Source: Chthoniobacteraceae bacterium
GTDB taxonomy: Bacteria > Verrucomicrobiota > Verrucomicrobiia > Chthoniobacterales > Chthoniobacteraceae
Direction: 5' to 3'
Length of the DNA stretch: 64,000 bases
Assembly (NCBI GenBank): GCA_037190965.1
Contig: JBBCKI010000028.1
Coordinates: 107,350-171,349, forward strand
In this document: positions 48,560 to 59,108 of the stretch, in pieces
How positions within the stretch are numbered: the first letter of the stretch is position 1
Layout: each line of letters begins with the position of its first letter
Translations under genes and position numbers: made by a program
The notes under the pieces: generated by a model
Seen by the model: the letters and a program-made list of their open reading frames with translations, nothing else
Told to the model about the DNA's origin: nothing
Databases searched by the model: none

Positions 48560-48831
48560 TTCGGATCCCTTCTCTTCTGCTGGTTCTTTTTGCGCTACGG
48601 GATTGGTTAAATTTCGCCACTTTATTCCTTTCCGGCAAAGGGGATTACGAACCGGGGCGGTTTTTCCCCTGTAGGGGGTGGGGGATCCCCCGAGTGGCAT
48701 GGAAAATGTTAAAGGGATCGCAAATGACCGGCAACAGGGGCATCCAAAATCGATACAATATCCGGCGGGAATCCCATGGACCGTTGGAGAGCGAGATCAA
48801 AACGCTTGGAGATTCTCTGCAATCTCTCTCT

Positions 48832-50307
48832 ATGGATTTCCTGGCGAAACATGATCGGTCGGGCGGGACGAGCGTTGACTGGGCCAACGAAGGCTCATTT
48901 TTTGACGAAATGCATTCCGCCGACGAGGGGGTGCGCCAATATTATCGGAATTTCTGTAGCTGCCTGAGCGGCATCGAGATCGAAGAATTCGAGCAGAAGC
49001 GGCGAGCCGTGGAGGTTTCCCTGTTGCGGCAGGGGGTCACTTTCAACGTCTATGGGGATTCCAACGGGGCTGAACGTATTTTCCCGTTCGACCCGATGCC
49101 GAGGATTATCCCAAGATCGGAGTGGCAGCGAATCGAGGCCGGGTTGATCCAGCGGATCACCGCGCTCAATCTTTTTCTCCACGACGTTTATCATGAGCAG
49201 AAGATCGTGAAGGAGGGGGTGATTCCCCCCTACTACGTCTTGTCCGCAAAGCACTTCCGTCGGGAGTTCGTCGGCTTCGATGTGCCGCAGGATATCTACA
49301 TGCACATTTGCGGGACCGATCTGATCCGGGACGAGAAGGGGCGTTACCTGGTGCTGGAGGACAATGGGCGCTGCCCCTCAGGGGTTTCGTATGTCCTGGA
49401 AAACCGGCGGGCAATGAAATTGGCGTTCCCCGCCATTTTCGAATCGGTGGGAGTGCGCTCCGTGGATTCCTACCCGGAGGATCTGCTTAAGGCTCTCAAA
49501 TATTCGGCACCGGCCAGCGCGGGGGATCCGGCGGTGGTGCTCCTGAGCCCCGGCCCCTATAACAGCGCGTACTTCGAGCATACTTACCTCGCGAGGCAAA
49601 TGGGGATTGAGATTGTTGAAGGGCGGGATCTGGTGGTGAAAAACCTGCGCGTTTATATGCGGACCACCCGGGGGCTGAAGCCGGTGGATGTGATCTACCG
49701 GCGGATCGACGACGACTTTCTGGATCCAACCGTGTTTCGCCGGGATTCCGCGTTGGGGGTGCCGGGTTTGATCAATGTCTACCGGGCGGGAAATGTCTCC
49801 CTCGCCAACTCGATCGGAACGGGTGTGGCCGATGACAAGGCGATGTACCATTTCGTCCCGCGGATGATCAAATTTTACCTCGATCAAGATCCGATTCTCG
49901 ACAACGTCCCGACCTATATCGCCTCTGAGGACACCGACATGAGCTACATTATCGAGCATCTTGAAGAGCTGGTCGTCAAGCCGACCAATGAATCCGGCGG
50001 GTATGGAATCCTGATGGGGCCAAGGTCCACCAAGGAACAGATCGCGGAGTTCCGTCATCGAATCGAGGCTGACCCGCGCAACTATATTGCGCAACCGATG
50101 ATTCCCCTGAGCACCCACCCAACCCGGATCGGGGATCGTTTCGAATCGCGGCATATCGATCTCCGTCCGTTCACGCTTTATGGAGAGAAGACCGTCGTCA
50201 TGCCGGGCGGGTTGACCCGCGTGGCTCTCAACAAGGGCTCGCTGATCGTCAACTCCTCCCAGGGTGGCGGCAGCAAGGACACCTGGGTTTTATACGGAGA
50301 AGAATAG
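48832..50307 (+). CDS. Circularly permuted type 2 ATP-grasp protein (start uncertain: 48694-48910)
   Basis: [62 protein letters not shown]. Confidence 0.92.
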   Translation: MDFLAKHDRSGGTSVDWANEGSFFDEMHSADEGVRQYYRNFCSCLSGIEIEEFEQKRRAVEVSLLRQGVTFNVYGDSNGAERIFPFDPMPRIIPRSEWQRIEAGLIQRITALNLFLHDVYHEQKIVKEGVIPPYYVLSAKHFRREFVGFDVPQDIYMHICGTDLIRDEKGRYLVLEDNGRCPSGVSYVLENRRAMKLAFPAIFESVGVRSVDSYPEDLLKALKYSAPASAGDPAVVLLSPGPYNSAYFEHTYLARQMGIEIVEGRDLVVKNLRVYMRTTRGLKPVDVIYRRIDDDFLDPTVFRRDSALGVPGLINVYRAGNVSLANSIGTGVADDKAMYHFVPRMIKFYLDQDPILDNVPTYIASEDTDMSYIIEHLEELVVKPTNESGGYGILMGPRSTKEQIAEFRHRIEADPRNYIAQPMIPLSTHPTRIGDRFESRHIDLRPFTLYGEKTVVMPGGLTRVALNKGSLIVNSSQGGGSKDTWVLYGEE

Positions 50308-50313
50308 CCATCA

Positions 50314-51351
50314 ATGTTATCACGCGTCGCCAATTCACTCTACTGGATGACCCGCTATATCGAGCGGGCGGAGAACATCGCCAGGATCGTGGACGTCAAT
50401 CTTCATCTGCTGCTCGATCATCGGCGGCTCAGTGATGTCCGCTTTTCGGATTACTGGCTCCCGATCCTGGAAAGCACGGGCGACGAGGAGGCCTTCTATC
50501 GTCTTCATAAAAAGGTCAACGGCCGCAACGTGACGCACTTTCTGGTTTTCTGCCTGGAGAACCCCAACTCGATCTACTCCTGCATCGCCTTCGCGCGGGA
50601 AAACGCCCGGATGATCCGTGATCAGATCACGATGGAGCTATGGGAGGAGATGAATCGCCTCTATCTGTTTCTCGGCTCCAAATCGGGATGCGAACTGTGG
50701 GAATCGCAGCTTCATGATTTTCTCGGGGAGATCAAACAGAGTTCCCTCTACCTGCACGGGCTGGCCAGCGCCACGGTGGCGCGGGACGATGGTTGGAATT
50801 TCATGCAGATCGGCAAATTCCTGGAACGTGCGGACAAGACGACCCGTATTCTGGATGTCCGTTACCAGAAATTGCCGGCAAAGGGATTGCCCGGGCCAAC
50901 GACGCAGGTGGACTCGTTTGAATGGGCGGCGCTCCTGCGTTCATGCAGCGCGTGGGATGCCTATCGGCAGGTCTACTCGCTCGAAGTGAATCCGCGCAAC
51001 GTGGTTGAATATCTTTTGCTTTCGGAGGGGTTTCCAAGATCGGTGCGGTTTTGTACGGCGGAACTGGATGTCGCTCTGCGATCCATTTCCGGCGTCCCCT
51101 TCGGTTCCTTTTCGAACGCCGCCGAGAAGCTTTCCGGACGGTTGCTGGCCGAACTGCAGTTTGGCACCGTGGAGGAAATCTTCGAGTTCGGGTTTCATGC
51201 CTATCTCGACGTGCTTCAGCAGAAATTAAATCAAATCGGAGAAGCTGTCTTTGATGTCTACGTCAGAAGATCCTTTGAAAATCCCAATCCGGAAATCGAA
51301 AGACAGCAGGAGCAGCAACAGCAGGTGCTTTCTTTGTCCCCCAGATTTTAG
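50314..51351 (+). CDS. Alpha-E domain protein
   Basis: MLSRVANSLYWMTRYIERAEN, ARENAR, GKFLERAD, FPRSV. Confidence 0.92.
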   Translation: MLSRVANSLYWMTRYIERAENIARIVDVNLHLLLDHRRLSDVRFSDYWLPILESTGDEEAFYRLHKKVNGRNVTHFLVFCLENPNSIYSCIAFARENARMIRDQITMELWEEMNRLYLFLGSKSGCELWESQLHDFLGEIKQSSLYLHGLASATVARDDGWNFMQIGKFLERADKTTRILDVRYQKLPAKGLPGPTTQVDSFEWAALLRSCSAWDAYRQVYSLEVNPRNVVEYLLLSEGFPRSVRFCTAELDVALRSISGVPFGSFSNAAEKLSGRLLAELQFGTVEEIFEFGFHAYLDVLQQKLNQIGEAVFDVYVRRSFENPNPEIERQQEQQQQVLSLSPRF

Positions 51352-51366
51352 AAACTTGGATTGTCG

Positions 51367-52221
51367 ATGAAACTCCAGGTTATCCATCGTACTCGGTATG
51401 AGTATTCAAGACCGGTCTCGGAAAGTCACAATGAAGCCCACCTGCACCCGACGTCGATCGACGGGCAGACATTGCATTCGTTTCTGCTAAAAGTCATCCC
51501 GGCGACCAAACTGCGGCACTATAAGGACTTCTACCTCAACCTGGTCCATTTTTTCGACATCCCGGAGCCTCACACTTCGCTCACGGTGGAGAGTGTTTCG
51601 GTGGTTTCGACGGTGCAAAATCTTCTGCCATTGGATTTGCGAACCGCTTCGGTGAGTGATCTGAAGATCTGCACCCGCCTGGAAGAGTGCTATGATTTTT
51701 TGAATCCCAGCATCTATGTCAGTTTGAACCCCGAAGTCTGGAGGCTTGGGCTGGATGTCTGTGCGGGGATCCAGGATGTGTGGGAATGCGCGTTGTCGAT
51801 CATGCGGTTCATCCATCAGAATTTCACCTACGCACCCCTCACGACCACGGTTAATACGCATATGAATGAAGTGATCGCGAAGCGTACCGGTGTTTGCCAG
51901 GACTTCGCGCATGTCATGATCGGGATGTGCAGGGGTCTCAAGATCCCTGCGCGTTACGTCAGCGGCTACCTATACAATGGCCCCGCAGAGCATTTGACCG
52001 GAGCCCAGGCCTCCCACGCCTGGTGCGAAGTCTACGTTCCGGGATTGGGATGGCGAGGCCTTGATCCCACCAACAACTGTCAGACCGACGAGCACCACAT
52101 CAAAGTGGGGGTGGGGCGGGACTACGCCGACGTGGTTCCCCTGAAGGGTTACTATTGCGGGACTCCAGAGATGCGGATGGCGGTGAGTGTCGAGGTGACG
52201 CGCCTTGACGATGAGGGGTGA
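51367..52221 (+). CDS. Transglutaminase-family protein with bacterial N-terminal domain
   Basis: HRTRYEY, GVCQDFAH, RYVSGY, SHAW, LDPTN, GRDYADV.P. Confidence 0.92.
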   Translation: MKLQVIHRTRYEYSRPVSESHNEAHLHPTSIDGQTLHSFLLKVIPATKLRHYKDFYLNLVHFFDIPEPHTSLTVESVSVVSTVQNLLPLDLRTASVSDLKICTRLEECYDFLNPSIYVSLNPEVWRLGLDVCAGIQDVWECALSIMRFIHQNFTYAPLTTTVNTHMNEVIAKRTGVCQDFAHVMIGMCRGLKIPARYVSGYLYNGPAEHLTGAQASHAWCEVYVPGLGWRGLDPTNNCQTDEHHIKVGVGRDYADVVPLKGYYCGTPEMRMAVSVEVTRLDDEG

Positions 52222-52247
52222 GAGATAAGAGGGCCTGCGGTCGAAAG

Positions 52248-52357
52248 CGGCGTCGCGGAGCTCCGCCCTCCGTCAGTGGCGCTACCGCGCCAATTTTCCG
52301 CCTCTGCCTGCGCGCGCTTGTCGCGCGATCATCGGAGGGTGGAGCTCCGCGACGCCG
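52248..52357. repeat. Family B REP doublet, copy 2
   Basis: CGGCGTCGCGGAGCTCCGCCCTCC ... GGAGGGTGGAGCTCCGCGACGCCG; lies between convergent genes. Confidence 0.85.
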
Positions 52358-52407
52358 GGTACGCCGAAGGCGCTGATCTTTGCCTTCTCCCTCAAACCAT
52401 CACCCGC

Positions 52408-55029
52408 TCATGGGGAACGGCGGCGCAGCCAGATGTCCAACGGCAGAAGAAGCAGCGCGGCGGCCAGGAAAAGGGGGGAAAGATCGGTGTGGCGGCGGAT
52501 GCCGATGCTGGGGCGGGCGAAGAGCGCTTCCGGCTCCGGGGCAAATTTTCCGGCGGCGCTTTCGGCCAATTGCTTGAGGGTCGCTTCATCGGTTCCGTTG
52601 TTGAGGAATTCCGCCGGGTAGGAAGGCGTATGGCCGAAGGCCGGGCCGCCTTCGGGGAGAGCAGGAGAGTGGACGTTGATCCAGGTGGACCCCCTTCCAG
52701 ACGTCGCGACGGAGGCGGTGTAGCGGCCCGGCGCGGTCTGGCGGGCTTCGACGGCTTTGGTGCTTCCGTCGGGAAGGAGCGTGCCGACGGTCAACGGAAG
52801 ATCGTTGCGGTAAGTGCCATCGGCGGCCACGGCGTCAATCTCGACGCGCACGCCTCCCGGTTCCGGGAAGGTTTCCACATGCAGGCCATTGGTCTGCCCG
52901 GTCTTTCGCATCAAACTGCGGGTGAGTTGCGCCCAGAATTTCCCATATCCCGGCCAGGTCAGCCATTCGGAGGCCCAGCGGCTTTTGGCGTCGCTGGTAA
53001 ACGCCGCCACATTGCCGAGGCCGTAGCGCCAGGTCGCCAGCAGCGGATCGCCGGTTTCCGTGGCGAGAAGGAGGTCGGCGGTCGGCTTGAGCTTGGTGAC
53101 GTTGTGCCCGAGCAGCAGCGGCGCCTGATCCCACCGGATCCCCTCCAGCACTTCCGCGCGGCGAACGGGGACGGCGGAAACCGGGTCCTCGGAGAGACTG
53201 CTTTGCGCGACGCGCATCGTCTCCGTGGTGAAAATCTGCGGGAGCGTGAGCGCATCGCTAGTGAGGTAGAAGCGGCCCGCGCCGATGAGGGCGAGCTGTT
53301 TGAGGAACGCGACATCCTTGTCCCCGCTGCCGCCCAGGGCGACGACCGAGGTGGTGATTCGCGCGGAGGTCATCGCCGCGGCAAGGTCGAGGGCGGTGCC
53401 GGGAACCTGCGAGCCGTCGGGCATCTCCCCGGCGGCTTTCTCCTCCGCATCGGCGGCGTCGGAGAAGAGGATGACGTGCTTGATCTTGGCGTTGACTTCG
53501 CGGAGCTGCGCAAACGCCTCCAACAGCGAGGTGTATACATAGATGCCGCCGCCTCCTGCGTTGACGCGCAGAATATTGCGGGAGACTTCCGCCTTGTTCG
53601 AGTGCCGCGCCAACGGGGCGATGGGATGGATCTTGGTGTCCACCGCCATCACGCCGAGCAAATCCTTGGGCTGGAGCACATCGAGCGCGAGCGCGGCCCC
53701 CTGGTTGGCCAGCGACATCTTCGTCTGTCCGGCAACCTGCGCGTTCATCGAGCCGGAGCTGTCGAGGATGATGATCATCGCCACGGAGGGGGTCTCCGCG
53801 CGGTCGTCATGATCGGTCTTCACCGGGAGAATTGTCTCGATCGGCGTCCGAAAGTAACCGCCGACGCCGAAGCTGTTCTCGCCGCCGAGCATGGCAAAGC
53901 CGCCGCCAAAATCCTTCACCCATCGGGCATAAAGCTGCATCTGTTCCCGGCTGAGATGCAGCGCGGAGACATCGCTCAAAATCAGCGCATCGAACCCCTG
54001 CAATTCTTCGATCTTGGTGGGGAGCCCCTGCAGGGGGCGTGATTCCACCTCGATTTTCTCCGCCCGCAACGCTCCCTTGAGCGGTTGCAGCCGGTCTTCG
54101 GCGGGGTCGATGATAAGGATGCGCGGTTTGCCGCGTTGCAGGGAGGTGGCCTGGGCGCGGTTGTTCTCCGGGAGCGTATCCTGCTCCGGTTGAATTTCCA
54201 CTTCGTAGGTGGTCCGGTTCTGCCCCGGGCGCAGGTTGCGAAAGACGATTGTGTTGCTCCCCGGTTTAAGCGTGGCGGGTTGTTCCCCGGCGACGAAACC
54301 GTCGGCGAAGAGCCGAACTTTGCCGGTGGTCTCGACGTTGCTTCGCAGGGTGGCGGTCGCGTCGAACGGTTCGCCTTCCCGCAGGTCGCCCGGGAGCGTG
54401 AATTTTTCCACCAGCACTTCGGGCCGGGCGGGGTTCTGGAGCGGCACGGTGAAGAACTCGATCCCGGAGACGCCAGAGCCTTTCAGGGACCGGGCGGCTT
54501 CCGTGGCATGCCCTTCCGTGTCGTACCCGTCGCTCAGGAGAACGAGGCGACGGATTTTGCCGTCCGGGAAGGTCGCGGCGGAGAAGGCGAGCGCCTTGGC
54601 GATCGCGGTGGCATCGCGGTCGGGCTGCGCGGGCCACGAGTTGTCAGAGGCTGTGTCGTCCTTGCCATCCGGCTTCGGCGCAGGGAGCGAGGTCACCGTT
54701 TGGGCGAACCCGAGGAAAAGCGCCTCATCGCCGCGCCCTTGTTTGGAAAGGGCTTTGCTCACATATGCCCGTCCGGCCGCTTCGGCCTCGGGTGTAATGC
54801 TGGCGGATCGATCAATGGCGAAGACGACCGCCACATCATGCGACTGCCACGGGAGCCGCAAGCCTGCAAGAGCGAGCACGAGCAGCGTGAGAAGCAGCGC
54901 ACGAAGGATGAAGCTCCAGCGGCGTTGGAGGGGCGTCATCCTCACCAGCGAATGCCGGGAGAGAACCCACAGCAGCGGCAACAGGCAAAGCAGCCAAAGG
55001 AAGAAGGGGCGGGCAATCAGATCGTGCAT
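52408..55029 (-). CDS. Membrane-anchored double-VWA protein with a glutamine-amidotransferase-like domain
   Basis: N-terminal TM helices; MIDAS motifs DRSAS and DSSGSM; LSDG; GGGFAMLGGENSFG; WRYGLG; C-terminal TM helix + RRR. Start set at ATG 55029. Confidence 0.82.
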   Translation of the reverse strand: MHDLIARPFFLWLLCLLPLLWVLSRHSLVRMTPLQRRWSFILRALLLTLLVLALAGLRLPWQSHDVAVVFAIDRSASITPEAEAAGRAYVSKALSKQGRGDEALFLGFAQTVTSLPAPKPDGKDDTASDNSWPAQPDRDATAIAKALAFSAATFPDGKIRRLVLLSDGYDTEGHATEAARSLKGSGVSGIEFFTVPLQNPARPEVLVEKFTLPGDLREGEPFDATATLRSNVETTGKVRLFADGFVAGEQPATLKPGSNTIVFRNLRPGQNRTTYEVEIQPEQDTLPENNRAQATSLQRGKPRILIIDPAEDRLQPLKGALRAEKIEVESRPLQGLPTKIEELQGFDALILSDVSALHLSREQMQLYARWVKDFGGGFAMLGGENSFGVGGYFRTPIETILPVKTDHDDRAETPSVAMIIILDSSGSMNAQVAGQTKMSLANQGAALALDVLQPKDLLGVMAVDTKIHPIAPLARHSNKAEVSRNILRVNAGGGGIYVYTSLLEAFAQLREVNAKIKHVILFSDAADAEEKAAGEMPDGSQVPGTALDLAAAMTSARITTSVVALGGSGDKDVAFLKQLALIGAGRFYLTSDALTLPQIFTTETMRVAQSSLSEDPVSAVPVRRAEVLEGIRWDQAPLLLGHNVTKLKPTADLLLATETGDPLLATWRYGLGNVAAFTSDAKSRWASEWLTWPGYGKFWAQLTRSLMRKTGQTNGLHVETFPEPGGVRVEIDAVAADGTYRNDLPLTVGTLLPDGSTKAVEARQTAPGRYTASVATSGRGSTWINVHSPALPEGGPAFGHTPSYPAEFLNNGTDEATLKQLAESAAGKFAPEPEALFARPSIGIRRHTDLSPLFLAAALLLLPLDIWLRRRSP

Positions 55030-55031
55030 GG

Positions 55032-56897
55032 CTATTCCGTACGCCTCCGGTGAAAAAGCCCCCACTCCACCAGCAGCAACGCAAAGGCCGCCATCGCGAG
55101 CCACTGCCAGAGGGGCCGCACCACGGCGGCATTGACCAGGGAAAGCCGGGCGACTGACGGCGCGACGCTGGCGGATGGCGCTTTGCCGAGGTCGGATTCG
55201 GCCTCGCTGAAGGTATTCACGGCGAGCCATCGGGAGGCCTCCGGGGTTCCCGCGTTTTCCACCCGGTAAAAACCGTCGCGGAGGGGCTGGAACGCGCCGA
55301 ATGTTGGCGGGGGTTGGGGTTGCGTGGGAACGTTGGTTTGCCCCGGTTTGGGAAGATCGTTTTCCCTCCACGCGGTTTCATCCGCCGCGAGTGCTACAAA
55401 CTGTCCGCACTCAAGATCACGCGGGCTTTCCGCGTTTCCGCCCGCGAGCCAGTGGATGGTGTTCGAGATCAGCAGCGGAAAAGCGATGCGTAGAGGGAGA
55501 TCGCTCTCCGCAACATCGAAGGCGAACACGGCCATTCGTTGATCCTTGCGCGTGCCGGTCACAATGAGCGGGTGCTCGAAGGAGCGGAGCGGGGTTTCAA
55601 ATTGCCACCCTTCCCGCTGTGGAACGGCGATTTCGGTTGCCCGCAGGAAGGTGACATTGCGCCACTCCACGAAGCGGAGCAGGGGAGAGTCGGCGTCGGA
55701 ATCGGTGACAAGCGGATCCTTGAGAATGCCTGCATTCCCAAGCGGGCTCGACTTTAGAAAGAGCGCGTTGCCCCGACCTCCTTCCAGATCTTCCGGGCCG
55801 CAGTTGTCGTACACCACGGCATCGAAGTTGCCGGCCATCTCCGGTTTGAAGGCATCGGGTTCGAGGAGCTCAAACTGCACGGTTTGATCGGCGGCAAAGA
55901 GCTTCTCCAGAAACCAGTTGCCCCGCGTCACCAGCAACACCCGGCTCGGTTTTGTGGCGGGCAGGAGAGTGCGGGCTTCATTGTCGAGCGCGAGGGAATC
56001 CTCGACATCAATCCGCGCCGTCAATTTGCCCTGCCCGCTTCCCGTCGGGAGCGCGGGGAAGACATCGGACTTTCGCTCTCCCGGCTCAAGGGCGAACGGC
56101 TTGACGTCGAGCAATGTACCGTCGCAGGAAATCTCCACGTTCCCCTTGGCGGGTTGCGTGCCGAAATTGGCGATGGAGAGAAGCAGGTCGGCGGTTTGCG
56201 GGCTGGCGAGTTGCGCGCGCGCGGCGAAGCGGGTGATCGCCACGTTCTCTCGCTTCGTGCCGACGGTGACGATCTCCAGTTCCGAAGGATGCTTGTTTTC
56301 CGGGGCATCGCTGCCGTCAGTGAGTAAAAGAACGCGATGCACGCCGGGGCGGGTGGCGAGGAGTTCTTTCGCCAGGGCCAGCGTGGGCACGAGATCGCCC
56401 GTGGCGTCGGTCGGCGTCAAGGATTGCAGGCGTTCCTGAAGAACGGCGGGATCCGTGCTGAAGGGCGAAACAACCCGGGTCTCCGGCCCCGCCGCGAGGA
56501 TAGCGACGCTACCGCCTTCACGCGCGCCCGCCGCTTGTTGCCGGGCCAGCGCCAGCGCCTTGGCAAAACGGCTCTCCCCGCCTGGTTCCAGCGCCTGCAT
56601 CCGGGCGCGGGTGTCGAGAACAATCACGGTCGATTCACCCGACGCGGCGATCCGAGCCGGTTCCGGACGCACGAGCGCCAGAATGAGCAACAACAGGATG
56701 ATCAACTGGAGCAGCAGCGAGAGCCACTGGCGCAGCTTCCCGAGGAACGCGCGGTGCCGCTGTTCGCCCATCGCGCGCTGCCAGAAGAGCAGCGTCGGCA
56801 CGGTCACCGCCTTGCGTCGCACGCGCCGCAGGTAGAGCACCACCACCACGGGCGCAAGGCTCAGGAACAACCAGCCGATGGGATTCAGGAACATCAT
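55032..56897 (-). CDS. BatA-domain / VWA membrane protein
   Basis: MFLNPIGW...VVLYLRRVRR...PTLLFW (BatA N-terminus); DTRARM; LTDG; C-terminal TM helix. Confidence 0.85.
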   Translation of the reverse strand: MMFLNPIGWLFLSLAPVVVVLYLRRVRRKAVTVPTLLFWQRAMGEQRHRAFLGKLRQWLSLLLQLIILLLLILALVRPEPARIAASGESTVIVLDTRARMQALEPGGESRFAKALALARQQAAGAREGGSVAILAAGPETRVVSPFSTDPAVLQERLQSLTPTDATGDLVPTLALAKELLATRPGVHRVLLLTDGSDAPENKHPSELEIVTVGTKRENVAITRFAARAQLASPQTADLLLSIANFGTQPAKGNVEISCDGTLLDVKPFALEPGERKSDVFPALPTGSGQGKLTARIDVEDSLALDNEARTLLPATKPSRVLLVTRGNWFLEKLFAADQTVQFELLEPDAFKPEMAGNFDAVVYDNCGPEDLEGGRGNALFLKSSPLGNAGILKDPLVTDSDADSPLLRFVEWRNVTFLRATEIAVPQREGWQFETPLRSFEHPLIVTGTRKDQRMAVFAFDVAESDLPLRIAFPLLISNTIHWLAGGNAESPRDLECGQFVALAADETAWRENDLPKPGQTNVPTQPQPPPTFGAFQPLRDGFYRVENAGTPEASRWLAVNTFSEAESDLGKAPSASVAPSVARLSLVNAAVVRPLWQWLAMAAFALLLVEWGLFHRRRTE

Positions 56898-57829
56898 TTG
56901 ACCAGATGGCTGTCGCGTAACACCCGCAGGACAAGATCCTCAAAGGGAACGGCGGTGGTCGTTTGAATAAACCCGATGGCGCGGCGACGGCAGTTTTGTT
57001 CCACCCCGGCCACAAACCCGGCAAGTTCCGCCCGGTAGGCGTCCAGCAAGGTTTTGTCGGCCATGACATCGTAGGTTTCCCGCGATTCCGCGTCCACCAG
57101 TTGAAGATCGCCTTCGACGCCTCCCGCAAGCGTGGGATCCAGTTCGGCGGCGTCGAGCACCTGAAGGGCGGAAACCTCGAAATGCTGCTGCCGCAGGTAA
57201 GCCAGCGCGTCCCCGGCGTCGGGGTCGAAAAGATCGCTCAGCACGAAGACCAGCCCCCGTCTTTTCATCCGGTGGGCAAAGGTGCGGAAGCTGGCGCGCA
57301 TCCGCGTGGCGTCCGTGGCCCCGGGAAAATCGGAGAGCCGCCGGAGAAAATCGAGGATTGAGTGAAACTGCTGTTTCCCGCGCACAAACCCGGGGTCCGC
57401 CCCCAGCTCTCCCGCAAAGGGGAAAAGATTCACGCGGTCGAGATTCGCCAAAGCCACGTAGGAGAGCGCGGCCGCGATCCGGCGGGCATGGTCGAACTTC
57501 GTCAGCCGCCCACGCTCCCCGGACTGCGCTTCCGGGAGCCAGCGCATCGACGCGCTGCAATCGATCAGGATGCTGACGTGGAGATCCTGCTCCGCCTCGA
57601 AGAGCTTGACGAAAAGGCGGTTGAGCCGCCCGAAAACATTCCAGTCCACCGTCCGCAAATCGTCTCCCGGGGAATAATTTCGGAAGTCGGCGAACTCCAG
57701 GCTGGAACCCGTCTGCCGAGAACGCCGTTCCGCATGCTGCTGCCCACGGAAGATCTTCCGCGAAAGCAGGTGCAACTGCTCCAGCTTGGCCAGAAAGGCG
57801 GAATCGAATAAGGGGATTGAATCTTCCAC
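56894..57829 (-). CDS. DUF58 family protein
   Basis: GSSLEFADFRNYSPGDDLRTVDWN, DCSASM, VLSD. Confidence 0.9.
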   Translation of the reverse strand: MEDSIPLFDSAFLAKLEQLHLLSRKIFRGQQHAERRSRQTGSSLEFADFRNYSPGDDLRTVDWNVFGRLNRLFVKLFEAEQDLHVSILIDCSASMRWLPEAQSGERGRLTKFDHARRIAAALSYVALANLDRVNLFPFAGELGADPGFVRGKQQFHSILDFLRRLSDFPGATDATRMRASFRTFAHRMKRRGLVFVLSDLFDPDAGDALAYLRQQHFEVSALQVLDAAELDPTLAGGVEGDLQLVDAESRETYDVMADKTLLDAYRAELAGFVAGVEQNCRRRAIGFIQTTTAVPFEDLVLRVLRDSHLVK

Positions 57830-57938
57830 GGTGCGCTTGGGGGATTTATGACACGAACCATCCTCCGATGGAATCGCGGTTTACGCAAAGCGTGGTCGGC
57901 AGGGCTTGCAAGCCCTGCCCGAAAGGAAGCAAACCTTG

Positions 57939-59108
57939 CTACGGCTTCAGAACCACTTTGATGCATTCGCTCTGACTGGTCCGGAAGGTTTCATACGCCG
58001 CCGGTCCGTCGGAAAGGCTCAGGCGATGCGTGATGATGAACCGGGGGTCGAGATCGCCGTTTTGGATGCGCTCCAAGAGAGGCTGCATATAGCGGTGCAC
58101 ATGCGTCTGCCCCATTCGGAACGTCAGCCCCTTGGCGAACGCCGCCCCCATCGGGATCTTGTCGAGATAGCCGCCGTAGACGCCGGGGATGGAGACGGTT
58201 CCCCCTTTGCGGCAGGCCATGATCGCCTGCCGGAGTGCAGTCGGCCGGTCCGTAGCCAGATGAATGGCCGTCTTCGCCTGGTCGTAGATCGCCGCGAGGT
58301 TGGTGCCATGGGCTTCCATCCCAACCGCGTCGATGCAGGAGTCCGGCCCGCGGCCTCCCGTCAGTTCCTTGAGCATCGATTGAAGGTCGACTTTCTCCGG
58401 GTTAACCGGGATCACCCGCTTGTCGGTGGCCGCCAGGTCTAGTCGCCCTTTTACCGGGTCGATGGAGATCACCCGCTCGGCACCCAGCATTAGTGCACAG
58501 CGAATCGCGAGTTGCCCCACCGGTCCGCAACCCCATATCGCCACGATGTCACCGGGCTTGATTCCGCAATTTTCCACCGCCATGTAGGCCGTGGGCAGGA
58601 TGTCCGAAAGGAAGAGGACCTGTTCATCTTCGAGGCCATTGGGAATCTTGAAAGGACCCACATCCGCAAACGGCACGCGCACATACTCCGCCTGTCCGCC
58701 TGCGTAGCCGCCATAGAGGTGTGAATAGCCAAAAAGTCCACTACCGCTCGCCCCGTAAATCCGCTCCGCCATTAAGGCATTGGGGTTTGAGTTGTCGCAA
58801 AGCGAGGTCTGCGTCGCTTCGCAGAAGAAGCACTTGCCGCAGGCGATGGTAAAGGGCACGACCACGCGATCGCCCTCCTTTAAGTTGGAAACGCCTGATC
58901 CCAGGGCCACTACTTCGCCCATGAACTCGTGCCCGAGCACATCGCCTTTCTCCATTGTCGGGATGAAGCCGTCGTAAAGGTGTAGGTCCGAACCGCAAAT
59001 CGCCGTGCTGGTTACTTTGATGATTGCATCGCGCGAATTGATGATTGCCGGATCGGCAACGGTATCGACCAAAACCTTGTGCCTGCCTTGCCAGGTGATC
59101 GCCTTCAT
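57939..59108 (-). CDS. Zinc-dependent alcohol/formaldehyde dehydrogenase (MDR family, FDH-like)
   Basis: ICGSDLH, GHEFMG, CGKCFFC...C, GGQAEY, SDILPT, GCGPVG, IDAVG. Confidence 0.9.
   Translation of the reverse strand: MKAITWQGRHKVLVDTVADPAIINSRDAIIKVTSTAICGSDLHLYDGFIPTMEKGDVLGHEFMGEVVALGSGVSNLKEGDRVVVPFTIACGKCFFCEATQTSLCDNSNPNALMAERIYGASGSGLFGYSHLYGGYAGGQAEYVRVPFADVGPFKIPNGLEDEQVLFLSDILPTAYMAVENCGIKPGDIVAIWGCGPVGQLAIRCALMLGAERVISIDPVKGRLDLAATDKRVIPVNPEKVDLQSMLKELTGGRGPDSCIDAVGMEAHGTNLAAIYDQAKTAIHLATDRPTALRQAIMACRKGGTVSIPGVYGGYLDKIPMGAAFAKGLTFRMGQTHVHRYMQPLLERIQNGDLDPRFIITHRLSLSDGPAAYETFRTSQSECIKVVLKP

Noticed and set aside
52276..54042. 588-aa plus-strand ORF
   Set aside because: It is antisense to the VWA gene, starts inside a REP element and has no domain signature.
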